Shown here one piece after another: positions 1 to 14,600 of a DNA stretch of 64,000 bases. Position 1 is the stretch's first letter, and each line of letters starts with the position of its first letter. The notes beneath the pieces were generated by a model. The model had not been told where the DNA came from and made no database searches. It worked only from the letters and a program-made list of their open reading frames with translations. Location: NCBI RefSeq assembly GCF_006345805.1, contig NC_042999.1, forward strand, positions 5,084,001 through 5,148,000. Direction: 5' to 3'. Position numbers and translations under genes: made by a program. This stretch comes from Octopus sinensis (Eukaryota).

Positions 1-2461
1 ACAAACAGCAGAGCTTGGCGCAGTCCTCTGGCTTCCCAGCTCCTGTCAAACCATCCCAACCCATACCAGCATGGAAAGCAGACATTATGTCATGATGATG
101 TTATATTCTTTTTCTTTCTAAAAAAGATGGCTTAAAGGAATTACATCTTCAATAGAGACAAAGGCTCAACATCAAACACTTCCTACAAATGAATAATATG
201 CCGGTGGCATGTAAAAAGCACCAACCGATCGTGGCCATTGCCAGCCTCCTCTGGCCCCTGTGCCAGTGACACATAAAAAGCACCAGCCGATCGTGGACAT
301 TGCCAGCGTCCTCTAGCCTCTGTGCCGGTGGCACGTAAAAAGCACCCACTACACTCACAGAGTGGTTGGCATCCATCTGTAGAAACCATGCCAGATCAGA
401 TTGGAGCCTGGTGCAGCCTCCTGGCTTCCCAGACCCCGGCCGAACCGTCCAACCCATGCCAGCATGGAAAACGGACGTTAAACGATGATGATGATGATAA
501 AGCCCACTGAGCTGCTACAAATATTAGGCCACACAATCCTTGGTAGTCTTCCATGATGATCTAACGTACGCAACTTTGCCAAACATTTTTTTATCTTAGA
601 TGACCATAACAAGCCTGGTAGCAATTCCCCTGCCATATCACAACAGTAGCAAGGTGACAGGCTACCGGGATTGCCTACATTAAAAATAGGATAAGGTAGT
701 TGATTTTAGTTAGAGAAATGTCTTGTCATCTTATTAGTGGACATCTCATCAAATTGTTCACGTGTGTGATTGTCATATGTTTATTATTAAAAGTTTGCAT
801 TGGAACAGACAGTCCAACAAAGAGAACCGATTCCATTGGTTCTCTTCATTCTTTTATTTATGACAGCAGAATCTGTGTTGAGGGAGAAGCAAGAATATCC
901 CTGTGAACATCGCAAGTGTGGTAACTAGTTCAACATTTAGACTGTTGTAACTGTGGAGACCCTACGAGATACAAGAATTTACCTGCCATCATGCTTCAAT
1001 GATCATGATTTACAAACACCGTTTATCTGTAATAATATCATCATCATCGTTTAACGTCCGCTTTCCATGCTAGCATGGGTTGGACGATTTTGACTGAGGG
1101 CTGGCGAACCAGATGGCTGCACCAGGCTCCAATCTTGATCTGGCAGAGTTTCTACAGCTGGATGCCCTTCCTAAACGCCAACCACTCCGAGTGTAGTGGG
1201 TGCTTTTTACGTGCCACCGGCACGATGGCCAGTCAGGCAGTACTGGCAACAACCTCGCTCGAATCCTTTTACACATGCCACCGGCACAGATGCCAGTAAG
1301 GCGATGCTGGTAACGATCCTGCTCGAATGGTGCCTTTTACGTGCCACCGGCACGGAAACCAGTTAGCTGCTCTGGCAATGAGTGATAATCCATTAGAGTA
1401 TTTCTACATATTTTTGGTCAGATTTTTGAAATCACTTGTCACCACAAAATATTTACATTCCTTACTGACAGCACAACTAATTATCTTTGAAGTTCTGGTA
1501 ACTTTAGGAATAAAAGATCCCCTGAAAATACTGTCTACTGAAGGTAAGGTGAAGAAAAAAAATGCAAAACAGATATTAAGAACAAATGAAGATATGTGCT
1601 GTACAAAAACTGTATTTTGTCTGCCATATGTGGAAGGTCCCAGTTTCATATAAATGAAATTGACAATAGAGGGCATTGAAGTGAATGTGAGAAGTCTTGT
1701 GATGAAGCAGCTAAGGAATACGGCCAGAGGAAGAAATACTGCTAAGCATTTTGTCAGGCAAGGCGGCAAGCTGGCAGAATCGTTAGCACGCTGGGCAAAG
1801 TGCTTAGCGGTATTTCGTCTGCTGTTACATTCTGAGTTCAAATTTCGCCGAGGTCAACTTTGCCTTTCATCCTTTCAGGGTTGATTAAATAAGTACTAGT
1901 TACGCACTGGGGTCGATCTAATCGACTTAATCCGTTTGTCTGTCCTTGTTTGTCCCCTCTGTGTTTAGCCCCTTGTGGGTAGTAAAGAAATAGGTATTTC
2001 ATCTACTGCTACATTCAGAGCTCAAATTCCGCTGAAGTCGACTTTGCCTTTCATCCTTTCGGGGTCGATAAATTAAGTACCAGTTACACACTGGGATTGA
2101 TGTAATCGACTTAATCCCTATGTCTGTTCTTGTTTGTCCCCTTTTTTAGCCCCTTGTGGGCAATAAAGAAATAAGCATTTTGTCAGGCATGCCAACCGTT
2201 CTGCCAAAGTCCTAGAAACGACTAAATATGTATGAAAGGTATGAATCTTGAAGATTCTACAGAGAAAGAATGGCAGTATGAGTTTCTGCAGATATTTTCT
2301 TTGCCAGGATGTGGCTGATGGTAAAGCATCTAAACAACTGCATGCGATAAGGTGACAACCTTTATCTATAAGAAGTAAACACGGTAATTTGGAGCCAGTT
2401 GCAAAGTGGCTGGAGTTGGAGAAATTACACAATGAATATAAAAAATAATATTCTCATCACA

Positions 2462-2467
2462 TTTATT
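2462..2467 (-). terminator. Probable SF3B2 polyadenylation signal AATAAA
   Basis: tttatt on + strand about 75 nt past the stop codon. Confidence 0.5.
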
Positions 2468-2539
2468 TGTATACAATAACAAAAATATAATGGGGAAATG
2501 ATGGACATAAAAAATACACAGGCGATTTCCGTCAAACAC

Positions 2540-2602
2540 CTAGAACTTAAATTCTTTATATTTCTTGGCTTTTCCACTGTCTTGTTGCTGCCGCTTCCGT
2601 TT
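2540..2602 (-). CDS. SF3B2: SF3B2 coding exon 21 (KRKRQQQDSGKAKKYKEFKF*)
   Basis: Acceptor ttttag, TAG at 2542-2540, conserved C-terminal KKYKEFKF. Confidence 0.95.
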   Translation of the reverse strand, partial: KRKRQQQDSGKAKKYKEFKF

Positions 2603-5600
2603 CTAAAAGTAACAAAGAAAAAATTTTATTATTTTCAGAATTTTACAAAGAAATCCCACAATTGCAGCGTGGAAGGTGTTTGCAAGCCATTTAAGAAATA
2701 CACAAAAGCCATTCGATTCACTGCAACATTTAAGTTTAATTTGTCAAAATATTTTTGTCGCTAAAATCCGCGACCTGTTCACTGACAAAAACCCGTGCTG
2801 CATCCGAGAAAGTAACAGTTAGTTCGTCATATATATGTACATATGTATGTGTGTATGTATGTATACACGCATGTATGCATGCATGCATGAATGTATGTAC
2901 GTACATACGCCTGTGTGTATGTATGTATGTATGTATGTATGTGTGTATATGCACGCACATACATACTATAAACTTAAAGCTATAAACCTGTAGTGATGGA
3001 TAGATGTAGACTGACCACTCATCACAATAATATCAAATTTCAACCTCCCCCGCAGAAACTAGGAAGTGATTTACGACCCTCACCCCCAAAACAAAACTCT
3101 AAAACCTATTATCAGACATTTATCTCTATATCACAAAACATTTGTTTTACTATTACTTATCTTTTTTTTCCCCTTACATCTAGTTAGTTCAGGTTAAATA
3201 TATATATATATATTTTGGCAATTTGCAAGTGAACAATCTTAATGTAATTCTAATATTTTCCATCTTGTCTTACTAGTAGGGCTTCTGGGAATTACCCCAA
3301 TGTTTCAATTAATTAACTCCATAAGATTAAAACTATAATCAAAGTACTGTATTTTAACATGTATAAGAAACCCCTTTTTGTTAAAAATTAGGTTAAAAAA
3401 TATGGAAGTTTTTTTTATGCATGGATAGTATTATAATCCCTTACAAAACCTTATTTCCAAATTCTTAGCCCCCAAAATTAGGGGGTTCCTTATACATGTT
3501 AAAATATGGTACTTGTAACTTAGAACCAGTCAATCTGAACATAACTTGAAAACCTGTATGATTTGATCTTGTGGTGGTGCCACAAAAAAAAAAAGCACCT
3601 GTGCTGGTATCACATAAAATGAACACCCATACTGGTGCCACATAAAAAACACCTGTGTTGGTGCCACATAAAAAACACCTGTGCTGGTATCACATAAGAA
3701 CACCCATACTGGTGCCACATAAAAAACATCCATGCTGGTGCCATGTAAAAAATACATGGGCCAGTGTCACAAAAGCAGCACCCACGCCAGCATCCCATAA
3801 AATGCATCCATGCTGGTGCCATATAAAAAACACCTGTATTAGTGCTAGGTGAAAAGCGCCCATGCTGGTTCCATGTAAAAAAAAAAACTCCCAAAAGACT
3901 CTGTAAAACGACTGGCATTAAGAAGGACATCCAGCAGTAGAAATCTTGTCAAAACAGACAATTGTAGCCTGGTGCAGCTCTCCGGCAAGCCAACTCTGGT
4001 CTAACTGTCCAACCCATGCCAGCATAGAAAATGGATGTTAAATGATGATGATGATAAAATTTGACAATTCTAAACTGAATTCTTTCTTCCTTTTCAGAAT
4101 TTTTCAATTATCGAGAAAATGAAGATGTCGGTTCTTACCCTTTGTTTGGCAGCATGTTCAGCAACCATGTCTGTCAAATCTTCCTTCTCCAACTGAGACT
4201 GTTGTTCACGCATGGTTTGCTCATACTTGGCTTGCATTGCTGCACTGTCCATATCCAATTCTTCAGGATTCAAAGCCACTTCAATTGCCTCAGTTCCTCC
4301 CTTTTCACCAAACCGTTTCTGAGTCGGCATTCCAGTTACCTAAACAACATAAAAAGAAACAAAATTAGCATCGACCGAATAAATGGGAATAATCACATCC
4401 ACGTTAAAGTTCTAACAAATACAAACTCAACATCAAAAATCAATGGAAATTGTAGTTGTGATCCCTGTGCAAGTGGCACGTAAAAAGCATCCACTACGCT
4501 CTTGGAGTGGTTGGTGTTACGAAGGGCATCCAGCTGTAGAAACTCTGCCAGATCAAGATTGGAGCCTGGTGCACCATCTGGTTCGCCAGCCCTCATTCAG
4601 AATCGTCCAACCCATGCTAGCATGGAAAGCAGACGTTAAACGTTGATGATGATGATGATGTAGTTAACATTCAGAAATCGAATTCAAAATATGTGAGTGG
4701 TGAAGGAAAAGCAAGATTAATGACTAATGTAGTGAAGATTCCATCTCAAAGTAACATGTCTGCTAGTCTTCCTGAAATGATTGTTTTTAAGTTAGGCACA
4801 ACACTGGCATTTCTGACGGGAGACGGTTAGTCAATCCATAAGTATTGGACCAGTGCTCGACTGGTACTTTCCTTTATTGAATCTTAGTGGTTAGATAGCC
4901 TAACCACTAAGCCATGCACCTTCATGATTAAACGAAGGCAAAACTTGACTGAGTAGTCTGAATGCTAAATAGTTAAGCAAGGTAAGGTTATTTATAACAA
5001 ACTTTTAGTCTGACATGCATACATTTAACCCTTTCGTTACCGTATTTCTGTTGAGATGCTCTGTGTTTCTTTCAATTAATTTTAAATATAACAAAGAATA
5101 ACTTAGTTATCATTAAGCTAGTGTTAGGAATATAAATTGTGACTAAGGCTTAATGGAAGATTTTAAATCAAAACTTATGAAAACAAGACATTTATACAAC
5201 AGAGCCAGGGCCGGTTTCAGCCAGGTTAGTAATGAAAGGGTTAAAAATATCATGGTGACTTTAACCCTTTTGTTACCCTATTTCTGTTGAGATGCTCTGA
5301 TGATGATAACAAAGAAATTTAGTAAAATAACTTAATTATCATTAAGCTTGTGTTAGGAACATAAATTGTGACTAAGGTTTGGTGGAAAATTTTTATTCAA
5401 AATTTATGAAAACAAGACATTATTTGTACAACAGAGCCAGAGGCGGTTTCAGCCAGGTTGGTAACGAAAGGGTCAAAGCGCAGTCCATAGTTAAGCAAGG
5501 TTAGAATAATGCTAATACTTATACATACAGCAGACATATCATATATATGAGCCGAACCCATCATATTTGCTCCAACATTGGTTTTCTTCTCCGGCAGAAT

Positions 5601-8600
5601 TGTATAAAGAGCTGGTGTGTCACCACCTTGGTCAATTGCATCTTCTATACGCTTCTTCCTCAGTTCTATCATGTCAGGTGTTTCCACTCCCATCGGAACT
5701 GACGTTATTCCACTCGGTGTAACTAATCTGAAATAAATAGAGTGATTCATTAATTGAGATTGTGTTCATTAATGTTTTATATTTCCATCAATTTAAAAAA
5801 ACTTTTTTTTTTAAACTGGTTTATATTCAATGTACAATGCTAGAAAACAACAGAAATATCTACAGATCCAAACCATTATGTGAATTTTAATGGAAGTTTA
5901 ATTTGCTGCCAAACACCAAGAATCTAACTGTAAATTTGGAATACTACCAATTTTTACTCGTGAGCTTCATATTGTAACAATTGCAAGTTTTAGATTCAGT
6001 TCTTTTACCAATCTTTTCATCATCGTTTGATGATGATGATGATGATGATGAACCCCTTGACCCAGTTTATCATCATCATCAAACGATGATGATGATGATG
6101 AACTCCCTGACCCAGTTTTTACTCAGCCAGTAACTGCTGATCTTGGGTGATTCAAGAACCACTGCTGAATGAAGCTAGCATTAATCAATAGACTCTACCC
6201 AGAATCCTTCGGTACTTCAGGTCAGCATTGAGTCACAGCTCTGCCAGTTCTAATCCAACTACACTTGGCAAGGAATGTATTCAATTCTCATCAATCTGAA
6301 ACTATTAAAACGTAACCAAAAACAACGATCTTCTTCATCCCCATCAAAAGAATGTTTTGCAATCTTTTGACTGGGTCTGGAACGAAAAACCTCCAAACTA
6401 AGTTGCCTGTGTTCCATTAATCCCTGCTCGCTTAGACTGGAAGTTTCCATCAGACCGTGTCCTGTGATGGCAGAGCTCTCGTTCCCCTTCTGCACTCAAC
6501 ATTTTATTTTAATGCGGACCCTAATGTACAAATACATTTAACCCTTTAGTGTTTAAACCGGCCACATCCGGCCCAATATATTCTACATGTTTTATATTCA
6601 AACTGGCCATATCTAGCCCCTTACACCTAACCTACATTGACATTCTAAAAATAAATATTCACATCATTGAAACCTCAAAGCTATAAGATAATGCAGGATT
6701 AATTCAAAACAATTTGAGTGGAAAAGCATTACATTTAACAAGAGTATTCTGAACATTAAAGGGTTAAGCTGCCCCTTCTCCTCTTACAAACTACAAAAAA
6801 ACAAAAAACAAAAAAGAAAACCGAACAACATTCACTAGAGGTAAATTAAGAAACAAGGTACATACCCCTCGGCACCAGGGGTTATAAGCCCTGTTGTGTC
6901 TAATTCTTCTTCGGAAGACTCTTCTTCTGACTCTTCACATTCTGACTCTGATTCCAATTCACCCCAATGAGTCTTATCAATTTCTTCTTCAGAAACTATA
7001 GTCTGGTATACAAAAAAAAATTTTTAATTTAATAAACATAGAAATAATTCAAATAATCAGATTTTCTTTATTTATTCTCCCTTAACCCTAACGTTAATCC
7101 CTGACACTTGAAACACAACAAAAGAGAAAACTTGGATGAACTCTAACGGTTCTTTCTGCTTGAATATCATCACAGGTAATTGTTGGAGAAGTATCGACAA
7201 TTTATACATTAATCACTCGTAACAACTGGACTGCAGCCATGCTGGAGCACTGCTTTTTAATCACACATCATCATCATCATTGTTCGACTGTGGTCGAGAC
7301 AATGGAATTTACCATGCTACGCCAGACCTCACAGTCCATCATAGCATTACGGAGGTCCTGTTGCTGGATGCCTGTGTCCCTGGAGATTACATCAGGGTAG
7401 GAGAGTGTGCGCCCTCTGGTATCGCGAGCAGATGGCTTCCAGGGAAGAAGAGTAGATATTACCTCGTTTTCAGCTCTACAACAATGTCCAGCAAACTGGA
7501 CTCTCCTACCTTTCACAAGAGATGATACAGGTGGTAGTTTCCCATATATTTGCATTTTGGTTGGATGGCGCTTACACCTGCATCTAATCAATTCTTCAAT
7601 GGCTGAGTAGCTAAGTAGCTATTTGTGATACAATATATATACATATAAGAAAAGATCATTTGTTTACATTCAAAATACTCCTTAACCTTAAAAAATACCA
7701 TTGATGTTTTCAGCATATTGGTAACTTACATATTATAAAGTTAAGGAGATTCAGTTTTAGCATCAATCCACATGTTAATCATTTGGAAAGAGCATCATCA
7801 TAACCATTATCACCATCATTTAATGTCCATTTTCCATTCTGGCAGTTTGACAGGTGCTACAGCAGGCTCCAATTGTCTCTTTTGGCATGGTTTCTATGAC
7901 TGGATACCTTTCCTAACACCAATCCCTTTACAGAGTGCATTGGGTGTTTTTTTTACATAGCACAAGCACAGGGGCATAATATGTGGTACCAGCACCAGAT
8001 GAAGCAACAGAATAAAATCTCAGATGACCAACACCTTATCTGCTTGACTATTATAAATCCATAAAGAATCTATCATGTGCACAATTACAAGAAAGGAGTA
8101 CGGCTGATAGAATTGACTCAAAGATTGTACTTTGTGTTCTGTGAGAAAATTTTCTAGGCTAGATATAAAATAAAGAAAAGTAATTTATACTAGGCCATAG
8201 CCATTTCTGCCACTTTAATACATTTAGAACATCTATCATATATCAACAACACCATTAGCAGAGTTACCAAACGCTGTATTTGATACTGCACAAAGCAATC
8301 TTAAATAATATAGTATAATAATAATGAAGTTATTGTATACGGTGCTCAGGTGTATTACAGCTCATCAGAAAAAGTAGCTAAAACTGCATTTAAGAAGTTA
8401 TTTGTGATACAACTTCTAATAATTTTTTTCTAATAAGCCTACTGGCTATTCACAACATCAGTGCCTGTTTAGGCACAAAGATTCTATGTGTATCGCTGTT
8501 GTTCCCAGCAGTTGAGGATCTACCATTGACAAGGCCAAGGAAGGGTGAGATCACATTATCCGGTAGTCTCAGCTGTGGTGATGGCAGCTGATTTACCTCC

Positions 8601-11600
8601 CACTAGTGATATAAACAAGAGTGCTTACAAGCACCACAAAACTGAGAGATTCCCTCATAGTAAAGTATCACAGAATTCTGTGTTCTAAAAGTGCATCTAT
8701 TTTTAAGTGGGGATAAATATTACCTTTTGCCATTAATACCACTTCTGTTTCTAATAATTATTTGTTATCAAACCCATTTTTCAATGAAATTTATTTCTAT
8801 TATTAAAGACTGTATGATTAATTTGATATGGTATTTATAGTACTATCTTAGGAGATTCTGGTTATCATCAGTGCTTAAAGGGTAAGAAATATTTGAATAT
8901 AAATCAGTCAGAGATTTCTAACAAAAATGCAAGGAACTTTGAGACAACAGTTGTTTGAGGAACATTAACCCATTAGTACCCGTGGTCCTCTTTTAAGGAC
9001 CAGAAAGATAATCCATCATATTTCTGCAACACCTGTATTTTTCTGAGATACCTTTAGTTAGTCATCAAGACTGGAATGTCTTTCAAATATTGTAATAAAA
9101 AATTTTCTTTGTATATTTAGCATCAGATAAAGTTGTATAGAAAAAAATTTTTGGTAATAAATTAAATTTTTTAAATTTGGGCACCAATGGGTTAATCCCT
9201 TTTCTTATCTAACATTTGTTAACAGAATGAGAAATGAGAAAACGGACATAACGGTTTCATAAAGGAAACAAAAATACAAGAAACCTGATATTTACCTGGA
9301 ATTCTCCACTTTGGGTACCAAAAACATCACCATACAATGGCTTGCCTGATTCGTCAACAGGAGGTTTACCCCAACCGCCAGCATGATAACCGAATGAACA
9401 TGACTGTAATTAAAAAATAACAATTATAATAGTTTTATTCATAAACTGTTTCTCTGTAATGAGATTTACAAAGTATCTCAAAGCTGTTCAAAATCTTATA
9501 ATAAAACAGAGTTTGTGTGCGTGTGTGTGTGCGCACGCATGTTCCTTATGGATTCGAAAACTGGGTTGCCGATTTTGACGCATGAGGTTTCAAAAGATTC
9601 AGTAATGATGATTTTTTGCACAACTCCTTTTTACTACAAAATAACTTCAAAAACAAGGTCCGGTCACATAATTTTGAGGTCTTTAAGCTAAGGGAGGCAA
9701 CTCTCCCTGAACACTCTAAAATACATGGAGTCTTACCAGGGAATGAAACTTCAAAAATATACTGTCGACATTTTTAGTATTATTTATAGCAGATAATCTT
9801 TTAAGTGAAGTATGCTTGTCTGTGTTTTGTTTAGCCCAGAGTTGCCTCTGATACAGCAGACCCATCGCATAGTTTTTGGGGGTTTTTTCTTCCTGAAAAA
9901 CTGTAAATTTGTGTCTTTCTTTTGGTGAAAGCGTTTGTTTTAGGAGAGATTTGGTTGCTATTTGTAGTAGCTCAAGTTACGACAGAGACACTTCTGTGTG
10001 TGTGTGTTTTGTTGTGGTGAAAAAAACAACAACTTTTTCTCGGACAATTTTGCACAATAATGCACGATGATGATGAAAGATATAAGTTATAAATTTCCTC
10101 CTCTGTACATTGCGAATAAGTGATGTTCCTGTGTCTGATGACATCTATCTAAATTTTCTACATCAAGTTCCATGTTAGTGAAAAGAAGTCACAAATCCCC
10201 TCTTTGACTCACTGCAAATTTATTCTGTTACTTAGTCAGAATTGAAACTCCACACTGAATTACTATTATAGGTAAAATTTAGTATGTTAATTATATTATC
10301 TCATTGCCCCCCTAAAGCCTAACATATCTGACATGCCCAGGGCTCCCTGGGTGTGGGGAATACTGCCCATGTTGAAAACCACTTTGGTAAAGGAAGTAGG
10401 ATGTCAGTGAAATAGGAAATGTCGTATAATTAACAGGGAAGTATAATTAACAAGGAAGGTCGTCAAAAATTATGAAGTCTGTCAGTTGTAAAGTTTGTGA
10501 AAGTTTTATTTGTGTTGTTGTTGTTGTTGTTGATGAATAAAGAATTCTAGGAAGCTAATCCAGTCGTTCAGGTCTATCGAAGGACCATGAAGAAGGAAAA
10601 AAGAAGGTTGTGCATAAATCTCGAAAGGCAACAAAAAGTTTAATACATACTTCTGGGATTGGTGCATTCAAGCCAGGGATCTTGAGATTTGGGTAGGATG
10701 GAGGAGGTCCATATCGTTGCATAGCGATCAACCACGGCGGGGGAACTTTCTCTGAATTCTGAAATAGGTAAAAAAAAAAAAAAAAAAAAAAAAAAGATGA
10801 TGAAATACAATCTTCAGAACATTCAGTATGAGGGCATATGCACCTGAATATCTATTTCTTTATTACCCACAAGGGGCTAAACACAGAGGGGACAAACAAG
10901 GACAGACAAACGGATTAAGTCGATTACATCGACCCCAGTGCGTAACTGGTACTTAATTTATCGACCCCAAAAAGATGAAAAGCAAAGTCGACCTCGGCGG
11001 AATTTGAACTCAGAACGTAATGGCAGATGAAATATGGCTACGCATTTCGCTCGGCATGCTAACGTTTCTGCCACATCGCAGCCTTATGCACCTAAATATA
11101 GTACCAAAGAGCAACGGCTCAGAACGATAAAAGAATATGTGTGTGTGTGTGTGTTTCCCCTTGTGTTTGTCCTCTATCACTGCTTCACAACCAGTGTTGG
11201 TTTGTTTACATCCTCAAGTTCAGCAAAAGGAAACTGACAGGAGAAGCAACAAGTCTAAGAAAGCTTCCCAACCACATGCTTCTGAGTTCAATCCCTCTGC
11301 ATGGCACCTTGGGCAAGTGTCTTCTACTAAAGCCTTGGGCCAACCAAAGCCTGGTGAGTGGATTTGGTAGACGGAAACTGAAAGAAGCCTGTTGTCTATA
11401 TGTCCTTATATATAGGTACTGAAGGTCAGATGGTGGGGCATGCACAGTTGTTGATATATTCCTGGGTCCTCTCAGACGACCCATCGAGTAGAGTCCTGGT
11501 CAGTCCTCACCTCTGTGAGATACCTCCTCATCTGCAATGACCATGTGGAATGTAGTCAACAACACAAGCCATCAACCCAGCCAGATCCTCAGTGAGGAGA

Positions 11601-14600
11601 ACATAGTAACCAGGGTCTGACTTGGAAAATCTGCAGCCCTCTGGTCCTCCCTGTCCTGCTCTATACTTGTGAGACTTGGACACTTTCCTGGGCCCTTAGA
11701 TTACACCTGAACTCCTTAGCCACCAGGGTGCTTTGCAGGATTATGGGTTACCATCGGTTGGATTTTGTATCCAATCAACCACTCTGCTCAGGGATGTGCC
11801 TTGTTACTTGTATAATTTGGATGCATCAGCTCAAACTGCTTGGTCATGTGTGTGTGTGTCTGTCCCAATACCTATTTCTTTGCTACCCACAAGGGGCTAA
11901 ACACAGAGAAAACAAACAAGAACAGACAAACGGATTAAGTCGATTACATTGACCCCAGTGCGTAACTGGTACTTATTTAAACGACCCCGAAAGGATGAAA
12001 GGTAAAGTCGACCTTGGCGGAATTTGAACTCAGAACGTAGCGGCAGACGAAATACGGCTATGCATTTCGCCTGGCGTGCTAACGATTCTGCTAGCTCGCC
12101 ATCCCAATACCATCTGACAACTGGTGTTGATGTGTTTACATCCCCTTAACTTAGTGGTTTGGCAAAATGGCAAAAAAAAAGACAATAGAATGAATACAAA
12201 GCTTAAAAAAGAAAGAAAAGGGTTCAAGGTTTTGCACATTTCAATATAGTTTTCTAGTCATAAGGTGTGATGATGGGGTAGAGAGTATGATAAAGGTGAG
12301 GAAAAGGAGGAGAACAAGGAAGAAGATGGATAAGGAAAGAAATGATGAAGAAGAAAGCTTGAAGGAGCACTTAATCATTTGACCAACAAGCTGTAATTAA
12401 TGAGCCAACTTAATCGGAATTGAACTGCAGCTACACAAAAGCTAAAATAATACTCTTGATAATGGGAAAAGTTGGATTGTTACAAAGAGACTCTCAAAAA
12501 ATAGAAATTGGTTAATAAATATATGTAGGAAATTCATAAATAAATACATTAAAATAACTTACTGGACCAACTGGCATGCCTAGGGCTGTTCTCAGTTCAT
12601 CAGATAGATTACCAGGTTTTTTCTCTTTTAGACGTGTCTCAAATTCTTTACCCTGAAATATCAAGTCATAAGAAGACATATATAGATAGATATACACAAA
12701 CAGAATACAAAAATTATAAATAACATGAAGACAAGGTAAAACAAAAATAAACACAAAATGTCTATTAGTTTTACGCTCAGCAAAAATAAATGGAAAATCT
12801 TTTATGTCTTGAGCCAATGTTCTTGTAACAGAAAGAAGAGATGAGGAGAGAACAAAAAAAATGGAGGGAAAAAGAATGTATTTCAATGAGATGGTCACTA
12901 ATAGGAAAGTAGGAAAAGGTTACTTGAGGTGTGAGTAGCAAAGGGGACAACTGTGAGAGGTGAGTTGAGGTGTAGGTGGTTAAGGGAACATTTCTGAATC
13001 TGGCACATGTGTGTGTGTATGTGTGTGTCATACTTATATTTAAGTACACAACATAAAACTCCATATATTGCATTATACTCCAAAACGATGACTGAGAAGA
13101 AAATTTAAGTTATTTCACTGGAGACTCATCAGCAATAGAAGTCATAGAGTACAAGACAAGTGAATGTTTAAATTATAGATTTATAACATCATCATCATCG
13201 TTTAACGTCCACTTTCCATGCTAGCATGGGTTGGATGATTTGACTGAGGTCTGGCAAGCCAGATGGCTGCACCAGGCTCCAATCTTGATCTGGCAGAGTT
13301 TCTACAGCTGAATGCCCTTCCTAACGCCAACATCACCAAGAGTGTAGTGGGTGTTTTTACGTGCCACTGGCACAAGGGCCAGTCAGGCAGTACTGGCAAC
13401 GGCCACACTCAAATAGTGCTTTTTATGTGCCACCTGCACAGGAGCCAGTCCAGCGGCACTGGCAACAACCTCGGTCGAATGATAATATTCAATTCAAAGA
13501 TACTCGACTTCATTGTATTCTTTGCATGTTTGCATTTAGGCAGAGAAAATGTAAAACTTCAACTTCTGATTTGATAAAAAAATTTAAAAACGAAAAACAA
13601 AACATGAAAAAAAATGTCAGAATTTACCTCGTAATAAAGATCCCCATGAATGGTCAATTTGGGTTTGGTTTGCCATCGGAAGAAGGCATCATGGAGTTTT
13701 TGGTAATCAATATCAATCTTGCCAAGTTTAGGACGCACTTTCTCACGCATCTTTGCTTTCAAGGTTTTCTGGTCTTCCTGGAAAATACAATCCATAAAAA
13801 TGCTACATAAAACTGTAGAGAAGAATATAACCCCAAAAAGATGAACAGTAGCAGTCTTGTTACAGGTATAATTCTTTTCAATCTATTAATTTCACCTTTA
13901 ATATTCGTTTTAAATTTTGGCAGCACAGGGCCAGCAGCTTCATGGGTGGGGCTAAGTCAAATATTTCAAATTCCATTGCCCAAATCCCTTGCAAAGCCTT
14001 GGTCAGCCCTGGAGCTACAGTAAAAGACACTTGCTCAAGGTGCCTTACAATGGTATTGAACCCAAAACCACATTGTTGGGAAGTGAACATCTTAACCGTA
14101 CAACTATGCCTATTATCATCATTATTTAAAGTCCATTTTCCATTTTGGCATTGGTTGGATGGCTGGACAGGAGCCGGCAAGGTCAGGGCCCACACCAGGT
14201 TCCATAGTCTGTTTCTGGCTTGGTTTCTAATGCTCTTCCTTAATGCCAACCTCGTTAGAAAGTGTAATGGGTGCTTTTTATGTGGTACCCTCACCATGCT
14301 TTTTCATCATCATCATCATTTAACGTCTGCTTTCTATGCTAGCATGGGTTGGACGATTTGACTGAGGTCTGGTGAATCAGATGGCTACACCAGACTCCAA
14401 TCAGATCTGCCAGAGTTTCTACAGCTGGATGCCCGTCCTAACGCCAACCACTATGAGAATGTAGTGGGTGCTTTTACGAGCCACCAGCATGGGGGCCAGT
14501 CAGGCGGTACTGGCAACGACCTCACTCAAATGTTTTTTTATGTTCCACTGGCACAAGTGCCAGTAAGGTGACGCTGGTAACGATCATGCTCAAATGGTGT

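Noticed and set aside
149-1299. Numerous 60-110 aa ORFs such as MGWTV.../MPVARKKHPL... here and throughout the window
   Set aside because: Recurrent translations of family-A SINE copies, not genes.
3575-3885. CRISPR-like repeat array
   Set aside because: Contiguous degenerate tandem units with no unique spacers, in a eukaryotic intron, derived from a SINE.
9469-9610. Helitron capture as the origin of the duplicate (Helitron-like TCTTATAATAAAA start at ~9494/48177)
   Set aside because: Homology extends about 25 bp beyond the putative TC end and no matching CTAG/hairpin end is visible at the other boundary.
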